Assembly: GCA_041742355.1 (NCBI GenBank)
Contig: JBGSIV010000285.1
Location: 1 to 28,326, forward strand
DNA: 28,326 nt
Origin: Candidatus Zixiibacteriota bacterium
GTDB lineage: Bacteria > Zixibacteria > MSB-5A5 > GN15 > FEB-12
Direction of reading: 5' to 3'
Shown here: positions 8,566-16,566 of the stretch, in pieces
Position numbering within the stretch: position 1 is the stretch's first letter
Layout of the letters: every line of letters starts with the position of its first letter
Notes under the pieces: model-generated
Told to the model about the DNA's origin: nothing
Database searches by the model: none
What the model saw: the letters and a program-made list of their open reading frames with translations, nothing else
Translations under genes and position numbers: made by a program

Positions 8566-9883
8566 AGCCCTGTCAGACAAACTTGAAGACGTCTTCAAGA
8601 AACTTCGCGGCGCCGGCAGGCTGTCCGAGAAGAATATCAAGGACTCAATGCGCGAAGTCCGGCAGGCGATGCTTGAGGCCGACGTCAACTACAAGGTTGT
8701 CAAAAACTTCATCGCCGCCGTCCAGGAAAAAGCCGTCGGCGAGGACGTCCTGCGCTCGATCGAACCCGGGCAGCAGATAATCAAGATCGTTCACGATGAG
8801 CTTGTCCACCTCCTCGGCGACAAAACCGAACCGCTGGCTCCGATCGACAAGTCGCCGACCATCTACATGATCTGCGGTCTTCAGGGTTCCGGCAAGACCA
8901 CCCTCTGCGGCAAACTGGCGCTTCAGACCAAGCGGAAGAACAAGAAGCCGCTCCTCGTCGCCGCCGATATTTACCGCCCCGCCGCCGTCAAACAGCTCAA
9001 GGTGCTCGCCGACTCGATCCAGGTCCAGCACTTCTTCGTCGAAGGCGCCAACCCGGTGGAGATCTGCCGTGAGGCGGTCAAGTTCGCCGAGAAAAATTTC
9101 ATCGACCTCGTCATTCTCGACACCGCCGGACGGCTCCATGTCGACGAAGAGATGATGGTCGAGCTGCAGCAGATCAAGGCTCTCGTCAAGCCCCACGAGA
9201 TTCTCCTCGTCGCCGACGCCATGACCGGGCAGGATGCCGTCAACGTCGCGCGCGAGTTCAACGAGCGCCTCAGTATCACGGGTGTCGTGTTGTCGAAGCT
9301 CGACGGCGACGCCCGCGGCGGCGCCGCTCTCTCGATTCGCGAGGTTACCGGCACCCCGATCAAGCTCGCTTCGGTCGGCGAGAAGCTGGCCGACCTCGAG
9401 CCGTTCCACCCCGACCGTCTCGCTTCCCGCATCCTCGGCATGGGGGACATCATCACTCTGGTCGAACGGGCCCAAGAGAATATCGACCAGGAAAAAGCCC
9501 TGAAGATGCAGGAGAAGCTGCTCAAGGCGAAGTTTGACTTTGAGGACTTCCTCGATCAGATGGACCAGATTAAGAAGATGGGCCCGCTGGAATCGCTCCT
9601 CGGCATGATCCCGGGCGTGGGCAAAGCCATGAAGGGGATGTCGGTCGACCAGAAGGAGATGGAGCGGATGGTGGCCATCATCAAGTCGATGACGATCGAC
9701 GAGCGCCGCAACCCGACCCTGATCGACGGCTCGCGCAAGAAGCGCATCGCCTGGGGTTCGGGCAACTCCGTCCAGGCGGTCAACCAGCTGCTCAAGCAGT
9801 TTTCGGCGATGCAAAAGATGTTTCAACATATGAACAAAGGCAAACTGAAGGGTATTCCCAAGGGGATGACGCCTTTCGGATGA
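8558..9883 (+). CDS. ffh: Signal recognition particle protein Ffh
   Basis: LEADVN, GLQGSGKTT, DIYRPAA, DTAGR, SKLDGDARGG, RILGMGD and a Met-rich M domain. Confidence 0.98.
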   Translation: MFGALSDKLEDVFKKLRGAGRLSEKNIKDSMREVRQAMLEADVNYKVVKNFIAAVQEKAVGEDVLRSIEPGQQIIKIVHDELVHLLGDKTEPLAPIDKSPTIYMICGLQGSGKTTLCGKLALQTKRKNKKPLLVAADIYRPAAVKQLKVLADSIQVQHFFVEGANPVEICREAVKFAEKNFIDLVILDTAGRLHVDEEMMVELQQIKALVKPHEILLVADAMTGQDAVNVAREFNERLSITGVVLSKLDGDARGGAALSIREVTGTPIKLASVGEKLADLEPFHPDRLASRILGMGDIITLVERAQENIDQEKALKMQEKLLKAKFDFEDFLDQMDQIKKMGPLESLLGMIPGVGKAMKGMSVDQKEMERMVAIIKSMTIDERRNPTLIDGSRKKRIAWGSGNSVQAVNQLLKQFSAMQKMFQHMNKGKLKGIPKGMTPFG

Positions 9884-9907
9884 GACTCTCAAAGGAGGAC
9901 AGGATCT

Positions 9908-10300
9908 TTGGCCGTTCACATTAGACTGCTTCGGATGGGCAAGAAGAAACAGCCCTTCTATCGGATCGTCGCGGCGGATTCCCGCCGGGCGCGCGACGGG
10001 CGCTTCCTCGAGGTGCTCGGAACGTACAATCCGATCAAGAAGCCGGCCCTCGTCAACCTGGCTGAAGACCGGGTGACGAAATGGCTGGATGACGGCGCTA
10101 TTCCGTCGGACACCGTGCGCACCCTGTTTACCCAGACGGGCATGCTCGACAAGTACAACCAGGCCAAGCGCGGCCAGGATGTTTCCGGTGTCACGCTGCG
10201 CCAGACTATCAAGGAGCGCCCCAAGCGCACCCGCAAGATGAGAAAGGCGACTGTCGCCGCGGCCGCAGAAGCGGCCAAACCGGCGGAATCGGGCTCGTAA
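9908..10300 (+). CDS. rpsP: 30S ribosomal protein S16 with C-terminal extension
   Basis: [41 protein letters not shown] start with AGGAGG RBS. Confidence 0.97.
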   Translation: MAVHIRLLRMGKKKQPFYRIVAADSRRARDGRFLEVLGTYNPIKKPALVNLAEDRVTKWLDDGAIPSDTVRTLFTQTGMLDKYNQAKRGQDVSGVTLRQTIKERPKRTRKMRKATVAAAAEAAKPAESGS

Positions 10301-10417
10301 ACTGAAACCGACATAGACCGATCGCACAACGACGGATCATTCGACCTCACGCCTTTCGGACAGGTTTCCGGTACTGCCGATTCTGAAACGAAGTCGGAGA
10401 AAGGAAGGACTGAAGCC

Positions 10418-10648
10418 ATGAGGGAATTTGTCGAATACGTCGTCAAGTCGATCGTTGACAACCCCGACGAAGTGGATGTCAGCGAGGTCCAGGGAAGCCG
10501 GACAACGGTCTACGAACTGCGTGTTGCCCAGGGGGACCTGGGCAAAGTCATCGGTAAAGGAGGACAGACCGCCAAGTCGATCCGAACGCTCCTGGCCGCC
10601 GCCGCGGCACGTCAGGGGAAGCGGGCTGTTCTGGAAATCCTCGAGTAA
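10418..10648 (+). CDS. khpA: KH-domain RNA-binding protein KhpA
   Basis: [20 protein letters not shown] (GxxG loop); canonical position between rpsP and rimM. Confidence 0.95.
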   Translation: MREFVEYVVKSIVDNPDEVDVSEVQGSRTTVYELRVAQGDLGKVIGKGGQTAKSIRTLLAAAAARQGKRAVLEILE

Positions 10649-10650
10649 CC

Positions 10651-11205
10651 GTGGCCGAAATACTGGAGTATGTAAGGGTCGGTTGGCTCGGTCGAACGCG
10701 CGGCGTCGCCGGTGACCTCTGGGTCACCCCCGACACCGATTTCCCCGAGCGCTTCCGCGATCTCACGGAGATTTACATCCGCGACCGCGACCAGTACGTG
10801 CGCTTCGCGATCAGCGGCGCGGAGCTCATCGGCGGACGACCCGTGCTGCACTTTGAAGGAATCGACTCGATAGAAGACGCGCGGCGCATGACCAACCGTG
10901 AACTCGCCGTGCCGCGCGACCAGGTGGTGGCCCTGCCCGAGGGCAGCCACTACATCTTCGAGCTGATCGGTTGTGATGTCTACGACGAAACCGGGACACT
11001 GATCGGCGTATTGCAGAACGTCGAGACCTACCCGGCCAACGACATGTATGTCATTCGGACCCCCGACGGGAAGTACCGGCACGCCCCGGTCGCCCGCCCC
11101 TTTGTCCGGGAAATTGACACCGCCGGCAAGCGCATCGTGATCGATCGCTCCGGCCTGTTCGAGGCGACCTCAGCCTCGCCGACCGACGCCGGCAATGAAG
11201 TTTGA
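10651..11205 (+). CDS. rimM: Ribosome maturation factor RimM
   Basis: VGWLGRTRGVAG, LPEGSHYIFELIGCDV, ANDMYVI; synteny. Confidence 0.93.
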   Translation: MAEILEYVRVGWLGRTRGVAGDLWVTPDTDFPERFRDLTEIYIRDRDQYVRFAISGAELIGGRPVLHFEGIDSIEDARRMTNRELAVPRDQVVALPEGSHYIFELIGCDVYDETGTLIGVLQNVETYPANDMYVIRTPDGKYRHAPVARPFVREIDTAGKRIVIDRSGLFEATSASPTDAGNEV

Positions 11206-11968
11206 ACTGATTACGCTTTTCCCGGACTACTTCAGCCTGTCCTTGCGACAGTCGCTGCTGGGAAAGGCGCAGGAAAAAGAGCTCTTTGACATCGAGATCA
11301 TCAACCTGCGAGACTTCGCGGTAGACAAACACCGCACCGTCGACGACACCCCGTTCGGCGGCGGCGGCGGCATGCTGCTCAAGGTCGAGCCGCTCGACCG
11401 CTGCCTGGCCTCACTGGGATACCGCCACCGCGGTGAGAATGGTCCTCCGGACAAACGCAACCGGATCATCCTCACCTCGGCCGCGGGCGAGACCTTCCGC
11501 CAGGACAGGGCCGTCCGCTACTCCCTGTGCGACCGCCTGACCGTCATCTGCGGTCACTACCTCGGCGTCGACGAACGCATTCTCGAGCTCTACGAGCTTG
11601 ACGAAGTCTCGATCGGTGATTATGTACTGACCGGCGGGGAGCCGGCCGCGGCCGTCATTGTCGACGCCGTCGCCCGGCTCATACCCAAGGTCCTGGGGAA
11701 CTTTGAATCGGCGCTGGACGACTCGTACATGAACCAGCTCCTCGGTACCCCGGGCTACACCCGGCCCGCCGATTACTTCGGCCTGGCTGTTCCGGAGCCC
11801 CTGCTCTCGGGCAACCACGCCGAGATACGAATATACCGGCGCCGCATGGCTATCCTGCGCGCCCTCGACCGGCGACCCGATCTGCTGGAGTCGGCCGACC
11901 TGACCGACGACGAGCGGGCGATGGTCGAGCGGGAACGACGTCAGCGGACCAGACAGCCCGACGGCTGA
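11195..11968 (+). CDS. trmD: tRNA (guanine37-N1)-methyltransferase TrmD
   Basis: ITLFP, VDDTPFGGGGGM, SIGDYVLTGGE, YTRP, LLSGNH. Confidence 0.96.
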   Translation: MKFELITLFPDYFSLSLRQSLLGKAQEKELFDIEIINLRDFAVDKHRTVDDTPFGGGGGMLLKVEPLDRCLASLGYRHRGENGPPDKRNRIILTSAAGETFRQDRAVRYSLCDRLTVICGHYLGVDERILELYELDEVSIGDYVLTGGEPAAAVIVDAVARLIPKVLGNFESALDDSYMNQLLGTPGYTRPADYFGLAVPEPLLSGNHAEIRIYRRRMAILRALDRRPDLLESADLTDDERAMVERERRQRTRQPDG

Positions 11969-12025
11969 CCGCCGGACAACAGAGATGAGATAGCGATTGA
12001 ACATAGAACCTGAAAGGGTACGATC

Positions 12026-12466
12026 ATGAAACGCATTGCCCAGATTGAGAAGAGCTTCATGCGGGACGATGTCCCTCAATTCAGCTCGGGCGATACGCTT
12101 CGCGTCCACGTCAAGATCAAAGAAGGGGACAAGGAGCGTATTCAGGTATTCCAGGGAACTGTCATCGGCCGCAAAGGCGGCGGCACGGCCGAAACCTTCA
12201 CCGTCCGGAAAATCTCCGGCGGCGTCGGCGTCGAACGCGTGTTCCCCCTCCATTCGCCCAACGTGGCGAAGATCGAGAAGATCCGCGGTGGTAAAGTACG
12301 GCGCGCCAAGCTGTACTACCTTCGCGAGCTGACCGGCAAGTCGGCCCGTATCCGCGAGCAGCTCACCGAGGCGGGCACCATTACCGAGACCGTCCCGGCC
12401 GAAGTTCTGCCCGAACCGGAACCGGCTCATGCCGAGACCGGCGAGGATACTCAGACCAAAGAGTAA
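12026..12466 (+). CDS. rplS: 50S ribosomal protein L19 with acidic C-terminal extension
   Basis: [42 protein letters not shown]. Confidence 0.98.
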   Translation: MKRIAQIEKSFMRDDVPQFSSGDTLRVHVKIKEGDKERIQVFQGTVIGRKGGGTAETFTVRKISGGVGVERVFPLHSPNVAKIEKIRGGKVRRAKLYYLRELTGKSARIREQLTEAGTITETVPAEVLPEPEPAHAETGEDTQTKE

Positions 12467-12490
12467 TCCTCCGCTTGATGGCCATATTTG

Positions 12491-12520
12491 AAAAAGGCGC
12501 CCGGCAACGGGCGCTTTTTC
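12491..12520 (+). terminator. Intrinsic (possibly bidirectional) terminator after rplS
   Basis: GCGCCCG-GCAA-CGGGCGC stem with GNRA loop, flanked by AAAAA and TTTTT. Confidence 0.85.
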
Positions 12521-12610
12521 TGTTATGCAGCCAATCCCTCGCCCGTTTCATCGCCACATTGTGATAATTTTCTCCTCCGTCCGTCCGATAATTCCTGAAA
12601 GGGGATTACC

Positions 12611-12988
12611 ATGGACGAATGCATCAAGACCTGCCCCCATTGCGGCGCTCCCTTCAGCGCCAACGATCTCGTCTACAGCGAGGACATACGGCCGATCGGC
12701 GTTTGCCTCGACGAAGAGACCAAATCCTTCAACTACTTCTACTTCAACCATGAAGTGCCCGGTTGCGGCACCACGTTCGTCATTCATGTCGAAGCACTGC
12801 TGGAATTTGTTCGTGAAGAAATCCCCCAGGAGCGCCTCACTGGCGGTCGTCAGTGCGAGGGCCACTGCCTGAATCTCAACGACAGCGCTGTCTGCACTGC
12901 CGCCTGCTACTACGCCCCCTTCCGCCGCCTGCTTCAGTACATGCTGGAAATTCGCGGGATCAAAATCACACCGGGCCACTACCGCTAG
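12611..12988 (+). CDS. Cysteine-rich, probably metal-binding hypothetical protein
   Basis: GAAAGGGG RBS, typical codon use, 9 Cys in CPHC, Hx4C and Cx3Cx8Cx3C arrangements. Confidence 0.78.
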   Translation: MDECIKTCPHCGAPFSANDLVYSEDIRPIGVCLDEETKSFNYFYFNHEVPGCGTTFVIHVEALLEFVREEIPQERLTGGRQCEGHCLNLNDSAVCTAACYYAPFRRLLQYMLEIRGIKITPGHYR

Positions 12989-13592
12989 TCTCAGGATTAG
13001 CTGCCGTGGTCCCCGGACTCAGCACCGTAAATGTCGTATTGCCGTACTTGCGCTGCTGCAGAATCGGGAAATCCAGGAAGTCGATCTTTCGCGTCTCCGA
13101 GGTATCGTGCTGACACACGATCATTCCGCCGTCGGTCGACACCGGCGCTCGGCGCAGCACGATCAACGTCTTGTGTACGAGGTCGAGGTACTGCGGCGGC
13201 GCCATCATGATCACTTTCCACCGCTTCGGCCCCGTATGGATCCGCTCGATCGCCGCAAACACATCCTCGCGTAAACACCGCAGCCGCCCGCCGATCCCCA
13301 GCTCGAACGCCTGACGGTTGATCGCTTCCACCAGTTCCCGCTCCTTCTCGACCCCCACCGCCATGGCCGCACCGCGCGACACCGCCTCGAACAAGTACGA
13401 CCCGGTGCCGCTGAACAGGTCGAGGTATCCCTCGTCCTGCACATGCGGCGTCAGGAAATCGAACACCGCCTTGCGCAAGCGCGTCAGCGGCGGACGCGTT
13501 GTCCCGAGATCCGGCGCCGTGATCCGCTTCCCCTTGAGTTCCCCCGCAATCACGGAGAATTCTATATTCGGTGACTTCTTCTTTTTGATCAT
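12966..13592 (-). CDS. rsmD: RsmD-family RNA methyltransferase (divergent)
   Basis: VIAGELKGKRI...TRP, LDLFSGTGS...EAVSRGA, RKYGNT; motif IV reads APPQY; GGAG RBS. Confidence 0.85.
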   Translation of the reverse strand: MIKKKKSPNIEFSVIAGELKGKRITAPDLGTTRPPLTRLRKAVFDFLTPHVQDEGYLDLFSGTGSYLFEAVSRGAAMAVGVEKERELVEAINRQAFELGIGGRLRCLREDVFAAIERIHTGPKRWKVIMMAPPQYLDLVHKTLIVLRRAPVSTDGGMIVCQHDTSETRKIDFLDFPILQQRKYGNTTFTVLSPGTTAANPETSGSGPV

Positions 13593-13695
13593 CTACTCCA
13601 GCGGTTCTCTGGTGGCCCACCATAATGGTGTATGTGGCCCGCGTACAATTGGTATAGGCAGCCTGGACCAATCCGGTTCACGCCGGTCATCACAC

Positions 13696-13773
13696 CGTCA
13701 GGCCGCAAGCGGCCTGACCTACTGGTGCGTCTTGAGCGTATCCGCGTCAGGCCGCAAGCGGCCTGACCTACTG
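13696..13773 (-). repeat. Two identical 29-bp GTAG-type REP palindromes in direct orientation
   Basis: CGTCAGGCCGCAAGCGGCCTGACCTACTG at 13696-13724 and 13745-13773. On the minus strand each reads GTAG + GTCAGGCCGC-TT-GCGGCCTGAC. Confidence 0.82.
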
Positions 13774-13908
13774 CCGACAAGTGATCGAACCGGCACTGGG
13801 CCAATATACTCCCCATTTTCACATAAACACATGCCAATTCCGCGCCGATATCATATAAGGAGATGGATTTTTGTTGCCGGGTCAAAGACCGGAAACCTAA
13901 CTTGAGGC

Positions 13909-14571
13909 ATGCAGACGGAAATGCGGCTTAAAGTACCACAGATCCCCGTCCCGATGCTCGAGCGCTTCGAAGAGACGCTGGCCAAAAGCGGCTACCGTGT
14001 CATCTGTGGCGTCGATGAAGTCGGCCGCGGCCCATTGGCCGGACCGGTTATCGCCGCCGCGGTTATCCTCCCCGAAGGTGTCTGCATCGACGGCCTCACC
14101 GACTCCAAGCTCATGTCGCCCGCCCAGCGCGACGAGGTTTTCGAACAGATCGCCGAACTCGGCTGCCCCTGTGCCATCGGCGTCATCGACCACGAGACTA
14201 TCGACCGTATCAACATCCTCAAAGCCTCCCTCATGGCCATGCGCAAGGCGGTCATGGAACTCAAACAGGCCCCCGACTGCGTCGTCGTCGACGGCCTCCA
14301 CACCATTCCGAAACTGACGTTCCCGCAATTCGCTGTGGTCAAGGGGGACCTCCTCTGCAAAGCCACCTCGGCGGCGTCGGTCGTCGCCAAGGTCACCCGC
14401 GACGTCATCATGGATCGCATGGAGCTGCTCTACCCGGCGTTCAGCTTCTCCCACCACAAAGGCTACGGCACCCCGGCCCACCTGAAGGAATTGCGCGAGC
14501 ACGGCCCCTGCGAGATCCACCGCAAGACGTTCGGCCCGGTCGCCGAACTGCTGCACTATGCCCTCCTCTAA
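13909..14571 (+). CDS. rnhB: Ribonuclease HII (start may be ATG 13921)
   Basis: GVDEVGRGPLAGPV, DSK, VDG, VKGD, AASVVAKVTRD, HKGYGT, HRKTF. Confidence 0.96.
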   Translation: MQTEMRLKVPQIPVPMLERFEETLAKSGYRVICGVDEVGRGPLAGPVIAAAVILPEGVCIDGLTDSKLMSPAQRDEVFEQIAELGCPCAIGVIDHETIDRINILKASLMAMRKAVMELKQAPDCVVVDGLHTIPKLTFPQFAVVKGDLLCKATSAASVVAKVTRDVIMDRMELLYPAFSFSHHKGYGTPAHLKELREHGPCEIHRKTFGPVAELLHYALL

Positions 14572-14941
14572 ACCCGGCCCACCGCGCCGCGGCAACCGCG
14601 TCGCCGCCGGACGACGCTACGAACGCCTTGCCGCCGCTTTCTTCACCCGCAACGGCTTCACCATTCTCGCCCGGAATTATCGGGACGCCTCCCGCGAGAT
14701 CGACCTGATCGCCCGCAAGGACAAGCTCATTGTCTTCATCGAAGTGAAAGCCTCCCGCACCGACGCTTACGGCCACCCGGCCGAACGCGTCGACACCCGC
14801 AAACAGAATCACCTCGCCACCGCCGCCCGCCGCTACCTCGCCGAACACGACATCGACGGCTGCGATCTCCGCTTCGACCTCGTTACTTTTGTGAACGGGG
14901 AACTGGAGCACTACCCCAACGCGTTCCTACTCGACGAGTAG
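14558..14941 (+). CDS. yraN: YraN/UPF0102 family PD-(D/E)xK protein
   Basis: G..YE, RNYR, EIDLIA, FIEVKA, RFDLV; overlaps rnhB. Confidence 0.93.
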   Translation: MPSSKPGPPRRGNRVAAGRRYERLAAAFFTRNGFTILARNYRDASREIDLIARKDKLIVFIEVKASRTDAYGHPAERVDTRKQNHLATAARRYLAEHDIDGCDLRFDLVTFVNGELEHYPNAFLLDE

Positions 14942-15313
14942 TTCGCGGCCGACCGTATCGAACAGCGCCGAATCGGGCAGCTGGCCGCGCTCCTGAATGA
15001 GCGAATCGACGTAGTAGCTGACGAGGCGGGCGTAGTCTTCGTAGCCCGCCGGTTTGTCCTGATACCGCCGGAGGAACACCTGCAGAGAGTCTTTCGACAA
15101 CCCCTCCGCTCCGAGGAGCGAGTCGCGCCACGAGAGATAGCGGTCCGGATCCTGGCGATAGTCGGCCGCCCCGACCCATACCCGGGCGGTTACCATCGCC
15201 AGGCGCTTGCGCTCCTCCAGCGCGGCGTTTTCCTGACGGTCGTGCCACCACTGGTAGCTCAATGCGATAACCGCCAGTGCGACAATCACTCCAAGCAGTC
15301 GAACCCAGACCAT
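14927..15313 (-). CDS. Membrane-anchored hypothetical protein, DUF4296-like helical domain
   Basis: N-terminal TM helix; RDSLL...GLS..SL..F...Y...P..Y..Y...V...DSL pattern resembles DUF4296 from memory; GGGAG RBS. Confidence 0.65.
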   Translation of the reverse strand: MVWVRLLGVIVALAVIALSYQWWHDRQENAALEERKRLAMVTARVWVGAADYRQDPDRYLSWRDSLLGAEGLSKDSLQVFLRRYQDKPAGYEDYARLVSYYVDSLIQERGQLPDSALFDTVGRELLVE

Positions 15314-15331
15314 TTAACTCCCAACTTTCGG

Positions 15332-15360
15332 TTGACCTCGAACGTAGAACTCTGTAAACT
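15332..15360 (+). promoter_or_regulatory. Putative sigma70 promoter of ispG
   Basis: TTGACC (15332-15337), 17 bp, TAAACT (15355-15360). Confidence 0.65.
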
Positions 15361-15394
15361 ATCGGTCCAGTAACCCCAGGTCAAGGTAGAACCC

Positions 15395-16486
15395 ATGGAA
15401 TTGCGCTATCCCATCGCGCGCCGCAAGAGCAAAGCAGTCAAGATCGGCAACGTCATCATCGGCGGGGGGTTCCCCATCGCAATCCAGTCCATGACCACCA
15501 CCGATACCCGCGATGTCGATGCTACCGTCAAGCAGACCCAGGACCTCTTCGAAGCGGGCTGCGATATCGTCCGCCTCTCGGTGCTCAACCACGACGCCGC
15601 CGACTGCCTGGAAGCGATCCGCAAGCGTATTCCCGAAAAGCCCCTGGTCGCCGACATCCACTTCCAGTACAAACTCGCCCTCAAGGCGATTGCCGCCGGA
15701 TTCGACAAAATCCGCATCAACCCCGGCAACATCGGCGCGGAATGGAAAGTCCGCGAGGTGACCAAAGCCGCCAAAGACGCCGGCGTGCCGATCCGTATCG
15801 GCGTCAACTCCGGCTCCCTGCCCGCCGACCTGCTTGAGAAATACGGCCACGATGACCCGCGCGCGTTCACCGAGGCTGCCCTGCGCGAAATCGCCGTCCT
15901 CGAAGAGATGGACTTCACGGATATCGTTATCTCGGTCAAGTCGACCAACACCGAAACGGCCTTCTGGTCCTACCACATGCTCGCCGCGCAGACCGAGTAT
16001 CCGCTCCATGTCGGCATCACCGAGGCGGGCACACTCGAAACCGGCAGCATCAAGTCTTCTGTCGGGATCGGCGCGATCCTCATGACCGGCATCGGTGATA
16101 CGATCCGCGTGTCCCTCTCGGCCGATCCCATTCACGAACCGCGCGTGGCCAAGACGATCCTCACCGCCTGCAATCTGAAGAAAGACGGGGTCGAGGTTAT
16201 CGCCTGCCCCACCTGCGGGCGTTGCCAGATCGACATGATCCCGCTGGCCGAAGCGGTTGAGGCGAAGACGCGCCATATCAAAGCGCCGCTGAAAGTGGCC
16301 GTCATGGGTTGTGCGGTGAATGGCCCGGGCGAGGCCGGCGCCGCCGATGTCGGCATTGCCGGCGGCGACGGTATGGGGATGATCATCAAGAAGGGGCAGA
16401 TTGTGAAACGCTTTCCCGAGGCCGAGCTCGAGCAGCGCCTCCTCGACGAGATCGAGGAGATGACCGGCGAGAAGATCCCGCGGTAG
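15395..16486 (+). CDS. ispG: HMBPP synthase IspG (GcpE)
   Basis: QSMTTT, ADIHF, RINPGN, RIGVNSGSL, LHVGITEAG, CPTCGR, MGCAVNGPGE. Confidence 0.98.
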   Translation: MELRYPIARRKSKAVKIGNVIIGGGFPIAIQSMTTTDTRDVDATVKQTQDLFEAGCDIVRLSVLNHDAADCLEAIRKRIPEKPLVADIHFQYKLALKAIAAGFDKIRINPGNIGAEWKVREVTKAAKDAGVPIRIGVNSGSLPADLLEKYGHDDPRAFTEAALREIAVLEEMDFTDIVISVKSTNTETAFWSYHMLAAQTEYPLHVGITEAGTLETGSIKSSVGIGAILMTGIGDTIRVSLSADPIHEPRVAKTILTACNLKKDGVEVIACPTCGRCQIDMIPLAEAVEAKTRHIKAPLKVAVMGCAVNGPGEAGAADVGIAGGDGMGMIIKKGQIVKRFPEAELEQRLLDEIEEMTGEKIPR

Positions 16487-16566
16487 GGGTGCCGAGCGAT
16501 TCCCGTTGCCATGGGCGACCGGGCCGTCTATTATTCCGTACACAACACTCTTTTCGGGAGTACATC

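Noticed and set aside
8645..10327. 560-aa antisense ORF over ffh/rpsP, and similar ones at 2892-3764, 11411-12430, 15359-16543, 20223-21623 and 26281-27258
   Set aside because: They mirror well-supported genes and show no domains.
11969..12025. L19 leader RNA
   Set aside because: No convincing hairpin.
12559..12594. Two GATAATT sites as a Fur box
   Set aside because: Half-sites lack the inverted partner at the right spacing.
13696..13773. Mini CRISPR array
   Set aside because: Only two repeats, a 20-bp spacer and no cas genes; GTAG plus hairpin fits REP better.
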